NCBI GenBank assembly: GCA_963833225.1
Contig: CAWHXD010000005.1
Location: 96,001 to 160,000 of the forward strand
Length of the DNA stretch: 64,000 nucleotides
Direction: 5' to 3'
DNA from: an uncultured Chloroflexia bacterium
GTDB taxonomy: Bacteria > Chloroflexota > Limnocylindria > Limnocylindrales > CSP1-4
Part shown: positions 41,514 through 50,939 of the stretch, one piece after another
Layout of the letters: each line of letters opens with the position of its first letter
How positions within the stretch are numbered: the first letter of the stretch is position 1
Made by a program: the position numbers and the translations under genes
Notes under the pieces: model-generated
What the model was told of the DNA's origin: nothing
The model's input: the letters and a program-made list of their open reading frames with translations, nothing else
Databases searched by the model: none

Positions 41514-42548
41514 TCAGGCGGCTTCCTCGCGGATGTGCAGGACGCGTCGCGTGAACGGGACCCGGAACTCCCGGAAGACCTCGACCGAGACGAGGGTCCC
41601 CGCGAACAGGAACACGACCCCGAGGAACTCCCCCAGGAAGAAGGTCTCCGTGATGCCGAAGCGCGACAGGCCCGACGTGATGGACGGGATGAAGCCGCCG
41701 ATCGCGAGCAGGATCGTCGCCGGGACGCGCGAGTGGAGCTTTCCCGCGAACAGCGCACGCACGGTGCCGGGGACCGAGATCAGCAGGTTGACCAGGATCG
41801 CGACAGGGGCAATGAGCAGGTTCACCAGGAACGGCCGCAGGCCGCGGTCCCGGGCGAGGTCGTACCGGATGACCCGCCGCTTGGGCATGAACACGTACGT
41901 GCTGTACACGGCGCCGAGGGCGAGCGCGAAGCCGCCGGTCACGTTGAACAGGGGCGTGAGCAGGCGGACGGAGCCGGGCATCGCCGTGCCGACCGGGATG
42001 CCGTTCGCATCGAGGACGTAGCCGGGGGCCGGGATCGCGGCCAGAAGCACGATCGGAATGGCGATCGCTGACCCACCGATGATCAGCGCGCCCGCGATGG
42101 CTGCCCAGCGGCCGGTGCCGCGATAGGTCTCGATCGAGATCAGGACGGCGCCGACGGCCGCGATCGCGAACGCCGCGTAGGGCAGGATGCCGGTGTCCGT
42201 GTACTGCGCCTTGGCCTGCGACAGGACGGTGAACAGACCGGCGAGGAGCACCGAAAACGCCGCGCCATACCCGAACCGGGTCTTGGCCAGCAGGAACATG
42301 GTCCCGAGGCCAAGCCACGCCGCGACGTACACGGCACCGATCAGGTACCAGGCACGGTACAGCCCCTCGCTCCAGCCAAAGGCGCCGCCCAGGAACTCGG
42401 TACCGGCGGACAGGCCATACCATGCCATCCCGATCGTCCAGATGAGCTGGTAGGAGCGCCGCCGCTCAAGCCACTGGTCGAGCAGGAAGAGCGCGAACAC
42501 GAAGCTCAGGACGGACGACAGGAGGGGGAGCAGGACGTTCGGTTGCAC
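41514..42548 (-). CDS. Uncharacterised multi-TM membrane protein (paralog B of 9100..10185)
   Basis: Shares DQW.ERR, EGLYR.WYL.GAV..AAWLGLGT.FLL..TRFGY, YVFMPK.R and LHSRVPATIL.AIG with paralog A. Confidence 0.85.
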   Translation of the reverse strand: MQPNVLLPLLSSVLSFVFALFLLDQWLERRRSYQLIWTIGMAWYGLSAGTEFLGGAFGWSEGLYRAWYLIGAVYVAAWLGLGTMFLLAKTRFGYGAAFSVLLAGLFTVLSQAKAQYTDTGILPYAAFAIAAVGAVLISIETYRGTGRWAAIAGALIIGGSAIAIPIVLLAAIPAPGYVLDANGIPVGTAMPGSVRLLTPLFNVTGGFALALGAVYSTYVFMPKRRVIRYDLARDRGLRPFLVNLLIAPVAILVNLLISVPGTVRALFAGKLHSRVPATILLAIGGFIPSITSGLSRFGITETFFLGEFLGVVFLFAGTLVSVEVFREFRVPFTRRVLHIREEAA

Positions 42549-42797
42549 GGTGGGAGACCTCAGGTTCCGGGGGCCCTCGCCCGGTTCGGTGACCCTATCG
42601 GATGGCATGGTCGCCACTCAATGTGCCCGTGGATCACATCGTGCTGTGCCGGGTGGCCCCTTCTCCATCGGTCGGTATGGATCGGACGGCACCCATCCGG
42701 CCTCCCGGCTCCTGGCTCGCCTGCCCACGACCCAGCGTAAGGCCCCCGTAAGTCAGGGATGGAGGCCCGGTAAGGGTCGTCCGGCACTGTTGCGGCC

Positions 42798-43496
42798 ATG
42801 AACGACACCGAGAAGCGGCGAGCCAAGCGCCGGCGCAAGGCCGGCAAGGACTACCGGACCTGGGACCTCGGCAACGGGGTCGTCCAGGCGACGCCGGAGG
42901 CAGTGCTCCGGGCGATGGGCGGCCTTCCGCCGGACCTCGAGTGGGAGGTCATGGCGCCCCACGTCATCCCCATCCTCCCGCGACGGCGGCCGATGCCGTC
43001 GCAGGCTGGCGAGCCGTTCCGGGTCACCCTTCCGCCCGGGATCCCGACGGGCTTCGGGATCGACATCGGCCCCGCGTTCCTCGTCGTTGGCGAATCCCTG
43101 CTCGGATCGTGGCCGATCGGCCCGGCCGAGCTCGTGGCCACCGCGCTCGAGAACCTGCGGACGCGCATGGGCCCGGTCCGCTCGCGGGATCTCCTGCGCC
43201 AGCACTTCGATGGCGTTCCGGCCCGGGTCCTCCAGTCGGGCGTCGGGTGCGCATCGGCCCTCGTCCTCGCCCCGGATGAGCTCCAGCGGATCTTCGGTGG
43301 CGAGCCCCAGCTGCTCGTCGCTCCGATGCGGGACATCCTCATCTCGCTGCCACCCGACGTGGACCGAGGCTTCGTCGCCTGGCTCAACGAGGAGGTTGCC
43401 ACCATGGATCCCAACGGCCTCGATCTCGACGCGTTCGCGCTCGAGGCCGGGGACCTTCGCTATGAGGCGCTGCCGCTCAGGGGACGCAAGGACTGA
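42798..43496 (+). CDS. Hypothetical protein, possibly DUF1444/YtpQ-like
   Basis: FGIDIG..V....L.SW....EL...ALENL ... ASALVL ... LLVAPMRDILI pattern. Confidence 0.6.
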   Translation: MNDTEKRRAKRRRKAGKDYRTWDLGNGVVQATPEAVLRAMGGLPPDLEWEVMAPHVIPILPRRRPMPSQAGEPFRVTLPPGIPTGFGIDIGPAFLVVGESLLGSWPIGPAELVATALENLRTRMGPVRSRDLLRQHFDGVPARVLQSGVGCASALVLAPDELQRIFGGEPQLLVAPMRDILISLPPDVDRGFVAWLNEEVATMDPNGLDLDAFALEAGDLRYEALPLRGRKD

Positions 43497-43540
43497 ACGA
43501 CGGCGCCGCGGCTCGGGACCGCGGGTGGTGGCGGGCCAGT

Positions 43541-44830
43541 TCAGCCGACCGCGAGCTCATCATCGACGAACATGCCATCCGCGTCGAACCTGATCGCCTG
43601 TGGCCGGCCAAGGAGGCTGCAGCGGCCCGTGGCGAGCACATCGTCCAGCGCGGGCTCGCTGACGAGCAGGACGGAGAGGTCCTTCGTGCTGCGCGCACGG
43701 ACGATGCGCGCTTCGCCGGAGGCAAGACGCACGCTCGACGCCAGGGCGATCCCCAGCGCGTCCCGGTCCGTGTCCACGGTGAGCGGCCGCTTCGCGCTTT
43801 CGACGGCCTTGGCCGTGACGCTGTTGAGGTACGTCGTGCGCTCGTCCATCGCGGCGACCGCCCGTCGGAGCGCCACGTCGGCGAACCCGATCCCGTTCGC
43901 GTTGCCCTTGGTGGCCGGTGTGAGGCCGCGGACGACGATCCGCTCGATGCGGGGACCGGTATCGGACGCGCCCGCCTTCGCCCGGCCGATGACGTTGGGG
44001 TCCATCCCGGTGCCGCTGATGTCCTTGCCGATGAGGTCCAGCACGAGCACGTCGATGCGGTCCAGGGGCAGGCGGGCCATGTAGGTCCGGGCCTCGGTCA
44101 GGAGCTCGGCTTCCCGAACCTCGACCCGGCCGGCGGGGATCGCCTCCACGTGGGCCAGGTGCCCAAAGCCATCCTCGACCAGCGCCACACCGAACGCGAT
44201 CGGCGCCGCGGCGATCGTGTGGCGAGCAACGGCCGGGACCAGCACGGAGAACCGATCGTAGCCAAGCCGGTGGAACGTGTCGGCACCCCGCTGCTTGCCA
44301 AGGCCGATGGCGATCATCTTCATCAGGCCGCTCTCGATCGGTCCGGCAAACCCGGTATGGGGCTTCACGCGATTGACCGGCACGATCAGGTCGGCATCCT
44401 CGAATGCGTGCCGGTCGAGGTACACGGGCACGCCCGGGACCACCTCGCCCAGGTCCACCGTGTCCATCGACGCACGGATCTCGCAGCCCATCGCGTCCGG
44501 GGTGATGCCGTAGCCCGCGAGGACCGCCAGCTGCCCCTCCGGCGTCGCGCCTCCGTGGCTGCCCATCGCGGGCACGATGAACACGGTGGCACCGGCCTCG
44601 CGGATGCTGCCGACAACCGCGCCCACGACCTGTCCGATGCGATCGATCCCGCGGCTGCCGGCCGCAACGCACACCCGCATCCCGGGGCGCACGGCCGACA
44701 TGACGGGCCCGAGGGCGTCGCGGGTGGCCGCGGCCGCATCGGGCAGGGCGAGATCCTTGAGCTCCTGGCGCACGGGCGCCCATCGCGGGAGGGGCTCGCT
44801 GTGGAACTCGGGATACGTGGCGCCGGTCAT
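43541..44830 (-). CDS. LarA-like (lactate racemase N-terminal/DUF362-type) protein
   Basis: GSRGI, PAMGSHGG, NRVKPHT, SGLMKMIAIGLGK, GKDISGTGMDPNVIGR. Confidence 0.8.
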   Translation of the reverse strand: MTGATYPEFHSEPLPRWAPVRQELKDLALPDAAAATRDALGPVMSAVRPGMRVCVAAGSRGIDRIGQVVGAVVGSIREAGATVFIVPAMGSHGGATPEGQLAVLAGYGITPDAMGCEIRASMDTVDLGEVVPGVPVYLDRHAFEDADLIVPVNRVKPHTGFAGPIESGLMKMIAIGLGKQRGADTFHRLGYDRFSVLVPAVARHTIAAAPIAFGVALVEDGFGHLAHVEAIPAGRVEVREAELLTEARTYMARLPLDRIDVLVLDLIGKDISGTGMDPNVIGRAKAGASDTGPRIERIVVRGLTPATKGNANGIGFADVALRRAVAAMDERTTYLNSVTAKAVESAKRPLTVDTDRDALGIALASSVRLASGEARIVRARSTKDLSVLLVSEPALDDVLATGRCSLLGRPQAIRFDADGMFVDDELAVG

Positions 44831-44941
44831 CTGTCGATCATGCCCCCTCCGGCGCTGGTTCGCCGGGGCGTCGCACGAACGCCGCCACGGCGGGGACGGC
44901 GATGGCTACACTGGCGACCCCACCGCCCATGGGAGCCCAGG

Positions 44942-45712
44942 ATGACCGACCGGCCAGATCACGTGGCGGGCGCCCAGAGCGCCCCGCCGGCTCCTCCCAG
45001 TCCGACACGCTCCCCCGTGGCGCCTGCTCCGCCTCCCGCCGTGACCGGGTGGGGCCAGCCGCCTGGCATGGCGCCCTCTTCCCGGCCCCCTGGCCCCCGG
45101 GGGACGAGCGGCAAGACCTCGCTGGTCGTGCTCGGCGTCATCCTTGGCGTCCTGCTGGGCGCCAACCTCGTGGATGCGGCGTTGCCGCTCCCGCAGGATC
45201 CCTCGATCGTGGATGCAGGTCCCGGGATCCCGACCGAGCCGCAGCCTGGCGGCGAGCCGCAGCCAAGCCCGGTCCAGCCCGGTCCGGTCGAGCCCGGGGA
45301 TGGTCTGGACGTCGGCGGCGGCTTCGACATCTTCCCGCCCGGCGGCTGGACATCCGTGGGCAGCGAGGATGGCACCGTCCTCCAGAAAGGCAGCGTGCTC
45401 CTGATCGTCGCCGGCTTCTCCTGGGAGCAGTCGGCCACCGACCTGGCGTCCGCGTACCGCGACGCCTGGTTCGAGGACGGCCAGTTCACCGGTGACGACC
45501 CGGAGACGGGGTCGGTGGGCAACGGCATCCCGGCCGCCGGGCTCAACTACACGGGCACCTGGAACGGGACCCAGGTCGACGGCGCGATCATCGCGGCCGC
45601 CGCCGCCAACTCGGGGCTGATCATCAACGTCGTGGGGCCTACGGGGAGCCTGAACGCGGTGAGCTCGGACCTCGACACGATCCTGGGCACCGTCCAGCAC
45701 GCGGGAGGCTGA
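44942..45712 (+). CDS. Single-TM protein with a Pro-rich cytoplasmic tail and an extracytoplasmic domain
   Basis: TM SLVVLGVILGVLLGANLV; acidic folded domain; stop is 1 nt before the prsW-like start. Confidence 0.75.
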   Translation: MTDRPDHVAGAQSAPPAPPSPTRSPVAPAPPPAVTGWGQPPGMAPSSRPPGPRGTSGKTSLVVLGVILGVLLGANLVDAALPLPQDPSIVDAGPGIPTEPQPGGEPQPSPVQPGPVEPGDGLDVGGGFDIFPPGGWTSVGSEDGTVLQKGSVLLIVAGFSWEQSATDLASAYRDAWFEDGQFTGDDPETGSVGNGIPAAGLNYTGTWNGTQVDGAIIAAAAANSGLIINVVGPTGSLNAVSSDLDTILGTVQHAGG

Positions 45713-45713
45713 C

Positions 45714-47303
45714 ATGACCGCCCAACCCGCTCCCACGGTCACCGGTCCCGCCCCTCGATGGGGCGACCAGACCGGCTTCTTCCAGCGTCACCAGCCGGCG
45801 TTCTGGCTGTTCATCGTCATCCTCGGCGTGACGAGCCTCGACTTCCTCTCCGAGCAGCTCCAGATGATCTCCGCCGAGCCCACGGCATGGCTCGTGACGG
45901 TGATCCTCCTGGTGCCCTACGCGATCCCGGTGATCGCGATCATCTACTACCTCGACCTGTTCGAGCGTGAGCCGATCTCGATCCTGGTCGCCGCGCTGCT
46001 GTGGGGTGGCATCGCGGCCACCACGCTGTCGATCTACACGAACACGCCGCTCATGGAGGTGATCTTCAAGATCACCGGGGACCCCAACTTCACGAACGAA
46101 TGGGCCGCAGCACTCACGGCGCCGTTCGTCGAGGAGCTGTTCAAGGGGCTCGCGGTGGTGCTCCTGATCGCCATTGCCCGCGCCGAGCTCGACGACGTCC
46201 TCGATGGCTTCGTGTGGGGCGCGATGGTCGGGATCGGCTTCCTGCTGGTCGAAGACGTCATCTACTTCGTGCGGGCCGCCTCCGACTCGGGTTCGATCAC
46301 CGCTGTGTTCCAGATGTTCATGATCCGGATCCTCGGGGCCGGCCCGTACAGCCATTTCCTGTACACCGGGCTCGTCGGAATGGGCATCGCCTACTTCACC
46401 GTGCGGCGCGACAAGTCGGATGCCGCCCGTCTGCTGACGGCGACCGGCTTGATCGCGGCGGGGGTCGGCGCTCACTTCTTCTGGAATTCGCCGCTGCTGT
46501 CTGGGCTGCTCGGTGATGGCGACAGCATCGTGGGCTGGCTGATCTACGTGACGGCGAAGGGCCTGCCGATGCTGATCGGGCTGATCGTCGTCGTGCGGCT
46601 GGCCCGCCAGCGCGAGCGCCGGTGGTTTGCCGCCTTCACCGCCAACTTCGCGGACGACGGCTCGATCACGCCCGGCGAGGTCATCGAGTTGAGCGGGCTT
46701 CGTTCCCGGCGGCGGGCCCGTAACGCCGCCGGCCGTGAGCGCGGGCCACGCGGGAAGCAGCTCAAGGGCCAGCTGCAGCGCCAGCAGATGGGCCTCGCGA
46801 TGTCGTTCAGCAAGTACGGCTCCGAGAGCCATCCCGAGGTTGCGCAGCGCATGGCCGACATCGCGGCGCTGCGGGCAGAATATGCGGCCCTCGGTGCGAC
46901 CGGCCCTGCAGCCGCGAGTGGCTGGGGTGCCGCAGCTCCGGGGGCGGGCCCGGTCGCGCAGCCCGCTGCGTGGGGCCAGTCGGCCCCGGTCGCGCAGCCC
47001 GCCCCGGTCGCGCAGCCGGCAGCGTGGGGCCAGCCGGCCCCGGTCGCTGCGCCCGCGCCGACGCCGCAGCCGGCCCCTCCGCCGGTGGCACAGGACGCAC
47101 CGGCCTGGAGTCCCACCCATGCTGTGCCGGACGGTGGCCTACCCGCCTGGAGCGCCCCCAACCCGGCGCTCGCGCCGGCCGTGACGCTGGATCCGCACCT
47201 CGATCTCGTCGTTGTCGAGCGGGCAGGAGACTGGGCAAGGGTGGTCGCCATCAACGGGTGGGCTGGCTGGGTGGACGCCCGCAGGCTCGTGGCCAAGGCC
47301 TGA
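45714..47303 (+). CDS. PrsW-family intramembrane protease with a C-terminal SH3-like domain
   Basis: VEELFKG, GFLLVED, YSHFLYT, AHFFWN; QPAPVA repeats; tail VVERAGDWARVVAINGWAGWVD. Confidence 0.87.
   Translation: MTAQPAPTVTGPAPRWGDQTGFFQRHQPAFWLFIVILGVTSLDFLSEQLQMISAEPTAWLVTVILLVPYAIPVIAIIYYLDLFEREPISILVAALLWGGIAATTLSIYTNTPLMEVIFKITGDPNFTNEWAAALTAPFVEELFKGLAVVLLIAIARAELDDVLDGFVWGAMVGIGFLLVEDVIYFVRAASDSGSITAVFQMFMIRILGAGPYSHFLYTGLVGMGIAYFTVRRDKSDAARLLTATGLIAAGVGAHFFWNSPLLSGLLGDGDSIVGWLIYVTAKGLPMLIGLIVVVRLARQRERRWFAAFTANFADDGSITPGEVIELSGLRSRRRARNAAGRERGPRGKQLKGQLQRQQMGLAMSFSKYGSESHPEVAQRMADIAALRAEYAALGATGPAAASGWGAAAPGAGPVAQPAAWGQSAPVAQPAPVAQPAAWGQPAPVAAPAPTPQPAPPPVAQDAPAWSPTHAVPDGGLPAWSAPNPALAPAVTLDPHLDLVVVERAGDWARVVAINGWAGWVDARRLVAKA
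46950..47050 (+). repeat. Imperfect coding tandem repeats (PVAQPA/AWGQ)
   Basis: ccggtcgcgcagcc repeated 3-4 times. Confidence 0.8.
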
Positions 47304-47376
47304 GGGCAACACGCTCCTGCTCTCTCGCCCGCCTGGCGCCTAGACTTCCGCATGCGTCCACAGCCCGGGAGGCGTC

Positions 47377-47676
47377 ATGTTCAAGGCAATGATCCTGCTC
47401 ACCCGTCGCGCCGACCTGTCGCGCGACGAGTTCCGAACCTGGTGGCTGGAGGAGCACCGGCCGCTTGCCCTTGCGTTGCCCGGGCTGCGGAAGATGGTGA
47501 TCAACCTGGTGGACGAAGGTCCGGAAGGGGGCATTGACGGCGTGTCCGAGCTCTGGTTCGACAGTCGCGAGGATTTCGACGCCGCCTACGCCACCGATCA
47601 CGGGAAAGCCGTGGCGGCCGACTCGATGGCCCACGTCCAGTCGCGGACTCGCTACATCATCACCGAGCACGAGTAG
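47377..47676 (+). CDS. EthD-family protein
   Basis: LSRDEFRTWWLEEH, DGVSELWFDS; GGAGG RBS. Confidence 0.88.
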   Translation: MFKAMILLTRRADLSRDEFRTWWLEEHRPLALALPGLRKMVINLVDEGPEGGIDGVSELWFDSREDFDAAYATDHGKAVAADSMAHVQSRTRYIITEHE

Positions 47677-48092
47677 GCAGGGCACCCCACACGAGGCGGC
47701 CCGAGCGGCGGGTCCCCGCGCCTCGGGCCTGGCGGTTGGCGGCGGCCCGCTGCCGGCGGCTGGCGGCTGGCGCCCCAACGGGCGCATGCCGTTTCGACGC
47801 GGGCGCGCCACGCCCAGCTTGTTGCATCGGCTCCGCCACCCTCGCGACAACCGCCGCCGCCGCCGCCCGATCCGTTCGGCGCCGCGCCCGTTCGAGCGCC
47901 GGGCGCCCGGATCCGGATTCGCTCGCGCCCGGCTGGCCCGGCGGCCGAACCTGGTCGCGCCCGGCGGCCCGCCTGGCCCGGCGGCCGCACCTGGTCGCGC
48001 CCCGCGCCGCGCCCCCGCGCCCCCGCGCCGGCGACCCCGCCCCCGCGCCGCGCCCCCCGCCCCCGCGCCGCGCGCCGACCATGCCGGCGCGG

Positions 48093-49094
48093 CTACTTCC
48101 CCTTCTTGTTGCCCTTGCCCTTCTTCTGCAACCCCTTGCGACGCTTCCCCGCACTCGGAGCAGCCCCCGACGCCTTGGATGTCCCGGGGGCTGACGAGGG
48201 ATCCTCGGCGAGCAGCTCGACACGGGCGGCAAGCAGCGCATCACGAGCAGTGCCGCTGACCTCCGGGAACTGTGGGTCCATCCCGATCAGGGCGTCGGCA
48301 ATGATCCCGGCAGCGGCCAGGCGGGCGAACCACTTGTTGTCGGCTGGGATCACGTGCCACGGCGCGGCGGCGGTGCTGCTGCGGGACAGGACATCGGCGA
48401 AGGCTGACTGGTAGGCGTCCCAGTTGGCTCGTTCCTTGACGTCGGCCGCGCTGAACTTCCAGTTCTTGTCCGGCTCGTCGATCCGGGCCAGGAAGCGCAG
48501 CCGCTGCTCCTCCCGGGAGAGGTTGAGGAACAGCTTGACGATGGTGTAGCCCTGGTCGACGAGATACCCCTCCCAGTCGTTGATCTGCCGGAACCGGCGA
48601 GTCCAGATGCCTTTGTTCTTGCGATCCGGCGGGAGCTTCTGCCCTTCGAGGATGGACGGGTGCACGCGGACGACAAGCAGCTCCTCGTAGTACGACCGGT
48701 TGAAGATGCCGATCATGCCGCGGCCGGGCAGCGCCCTCTGGTAGCGCCACATGAAGTCGTGATCCATCTCCTCGGGCGATGGGACCTTGAACGAGCTGAC
48801 GCTGACGCCCTGCGGGTTCACGCCGCTCATCACGTGGCGGATCGTGCCGTCCTTGCCCGCTGCGTCGATGGCCTGGATGATCACGAGCAGGGCCTGCGTG
48901 TCCTGGGCCGCGAGACGCGCCTGGTAGTCGCTCAGGAGCTCGATTCCACGGGCGAGAAGCCCCTCGGCGTCCGCTTCCTTGAGGCCTTGCGTGTCATCCG
49001 GGTCGTAGTCGCGTGGCAGCTTGACTCGCGTCCCGGGGGCCACTCGGAGGGTCCTCGCGAACTCACGAATGCGATCCAGGTCCTGGTCAGGCAT
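48093..49094 (-). CDS. ppk2: Polyphosphate kinase 2 family (class III-like)
   Basis: QAIDAAGKDG, GVNPQG, SFKVPS, FNRSYYE, KNWKFS, WHVIPADNKW. Confidence 0.93.
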   Translation of the reverse strand: MPDQDLDRIREFARTLRVAPGTRVKLPRDYDPDDTQGLKEADAEGLLARGIELLSDYQARLAAQDTQALLVIIQAIDAAGKDGTIRHVMSGVNPQGVSVSSFKVPSPEEMDHDFMWRYQRALPGRGMIGIFNRSYYEELLVVRVHPSILEGQKLPPDRKNKGIWTRRFRQINDWEGYLVDQGYTIVKLFLNLSREEQRLRFLARIDEPDKNWKFSAADVKERANWDAYQSAFADVLSRSSTAAAPWHVIPADNKWFARLAAAGIIADALIGMDPQFPEVSGTARDALLAARVELLAEDPSSAPGTSKASGAAPSAGKRRKGLQKKGKGNKKGK

Positions 49095-49183
49095 GGCGGG
49101 TTCCTCGGCATGGCGGCAGGCGACCGCATCATCGTCCTACATCGGCCCCGTCACGTGCCAATCGGGCGGCCGGGCCACGTGAA

Positions 49184-49214
49184 CGCGCCCGGTCGGGAAG
49201 CCCGACCGGGCGCG
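49184..49214 (-). terminator. Perfect 14-bp hairpin downstream of 49244..50200
   Basis: CGCGCCCGGTCGGG-AAG-CCCGACCGGGCGCG; weak U-tract. Confidence 0.65.
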
Positions 49215-49243
49215 AGCTGCGGAACCCTCAAGGGGGACGAGGA

Positions 49244-50200
49244 TCAGCCGCCGCTGGGCGCCGGTGCCATCGGTCCGACGAACGACTCGACGGGCTGTCC
49301 CGGGAGCTCCGGCCGCTGCGGCTGGAGGATCCGCCACCCGACGAGGAGGAGGGCGCCGAACCCGAACAGCGTCGCGATCGTGGACACGAAGGGCAGGATC
49401 GAGGCGATCGCCAGGACGATCACGCCCAGCACCGCGGCGCGGTAGGGGCGGCCCGTCTCGCGCTCGCCGCGGCTCCGCTCGAGCAGCCACTCGCCGACCC
49501 AGATCGCCGCGACGAGCCAGCCCAGGAACGCGAGCACCGGCAGGATGCCGAACAGCAGCACGAACCCGATGGGAGCTCCGATGACGCTCAGGATCAGCAA
49601 CCCGCCGATGATGGGAAGCACGACGGTGCCGGCGAGGCCTGCCAGGAGCGAGTGGCCCGGGCGCCGGGTGATCTGCGCCTCGGCCTCGCGCACCTGGCGC
49701 GACGCGAAGGCGGCGACCACGAGCCCCGCGACGATCGCGGCGATCGCGAATCCGATGGTGAGCGCGAGGACGAGGGGCACAAGCAGGACCGCCAGCGCCG
49801 CGAGGTCTGTCTCGAAGCTGGTGGTGCGGCGGCTGATGGTCGCCGCCGGATCCTGGGTGATGGTTCCCCGCCACGTGCTGACGTCGCCGACGCTGGTGCC
49901 GGCCAGGAGGTCGACTCGCCCGCCGACGACGACGAGCTCGTCCACCGTGGCGCCGGCCATGGTGGCGGTTCCGTTGACCACGACGACGGTCTGCGCGTCG
50001 CCGCTGATGGTGGCGGTGCCGTCCACGACGACGACCGTGTTGACGGACGTGTCCGCGGGAAGGTCCACCGTGCCGTTGACGGACACGACCACGCTTCCGG
50101 TGGAGGTCACGGGCCCGGCGGCGAGCGCCACCGGAGCCAGGAGGGCGAGGAGGATCACAACCGAGGTCATGACCAGGGACATGCGGCGCACGGGATACAC
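49244..50200 (-). CDS. Secreted beta-helix (bactofilin-like) domain plus a 5-TM membrane domain
   Basis: Signal peptide; VVV.GTATI repeats; LILSVIGAPIG TM motif. Confidence 0.75.
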   Translation of the reverse strand: MYPVRRMSLVMTSVVILLALLAPVALAAGPVTSTGSVVVSVNGTVDLPADTSVNTVVVVDGTATISGDAQTVVVVNGTATMAGATVDELVVVGGRVDLLAGTSVGDVSTWRGTITQDPAATISRRTTSFETDLAALAVLLVPLVLALTIGFAIAAIVAGLVVAAFASRQVREAEAQITRRPGHSLLAGLAGTVVLPIIGGLLILSVIGAPIGFVLLFGILPVLAFLGWLVAAIWVGEWLLERSRGERETGRPYRAAVLGVIVLAIASILPFVSTIATLFGFGALLLVGWRILQPQRPELPGQPVESFVGPMAPAPSGG

Positions 50201-50426
50201 CCCTTTCGAAGGCCGGTCCCGCCGGGGCCATGTGGGCTGTCCCCGGCCGGGGTTCGTCCGGCCCGTTGGCTGGTTGGTTGTCGAGATCGACGGTAGGCTC
50301 CGGCGACCGCGGCGCCCAGCCGGGCAGCGGGCATCCTGGGGGTGGGGCTAGCACCAGTTCCCGCTCAAGTCCGGGGACGGTCCTCGGTGGATCAGCCCGC
50401 GGTGACGGGCCACCCGCGTGGCGCGG

Positions 50427-50912
50427 TCAGGCCTCGGGCTGGTCTGGCGAGGGCCCGGCACCCGTGGCCATGCCGACGTCACCCGCAGGCTCGCCGACGT
50501 CACCCGTGGCCGTGCCGACGCCACCCGCGGGCTCGCCGCGGAGCGGTGGCAGCGCCGCGAACAGCTCGGATGGCCGGTACGGCCGGATGAGCGTCGTCGC
50601 GCCCGCCGATGTGACGCGGTCACGCTCCGACGCCAGGCGCTCCGGCAGGATCACAACGGTGGGAATCGTCGTGTCGGCGATCAACGTGCGCACGGATTCG
50701 AGCTCCTGTGCCGTCCAGTTGGCGCCGAGGTCGAACACCATGGCCATGGGAAGCTCGTCACCTTCCCGCACCCTCACGACATCCGCCATGGATCGCCGCG
50801 TGATCACCCGGTGGCCGCCCAGCCGGATCGTGACCTCCAGCACGCGTAGCCAGCGCTCGTCCGGCGAGACGATGAGCACCGGCGCGCCGCCAGGTTCCTC
50901 CACGGGCTCCAC
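50427..50912 (-). CDS. Stand-alone atypical (pseudo-)receiver domain protein
   Basis: VLIVSPD..L...IRLGGHRV...MVFDLG...IPTVVIL...AGATTLIRPYRPSELFAAL. Confidence 0.65.
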   Translation of the reverse strand: MEPVEEPGGAPVLIVSPDERWLRVLEVTIRLGGHRVITRRSMADVVRVREGDELPMAMVFDLGANWTAQELESVRTLIADTTIPTVVILPERLASERDRVTSAGATTLIRPYRPSELFAALPPLRGEPAGGVGTATGDVGEPAGDVGMATGAGPSPDQPEA

Positions 50913-50939
50913 GCGTCGGAGTGTACAGTTCCCGACGAC

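Noticed and set aside
42621-42639. ATGTG-N9-CACAT as a CRP or Rex site
   Set aside because: The spacing and core match neither consensus, and a 5-bp inverted repeat is expected by chance.
46950-47050. Short tandem repeats (also 13655, 20638, 50472) as CRISPR arrays
   Set aside because: They are in-frame coding linkers with no unique spacers, and there are no cas genes.
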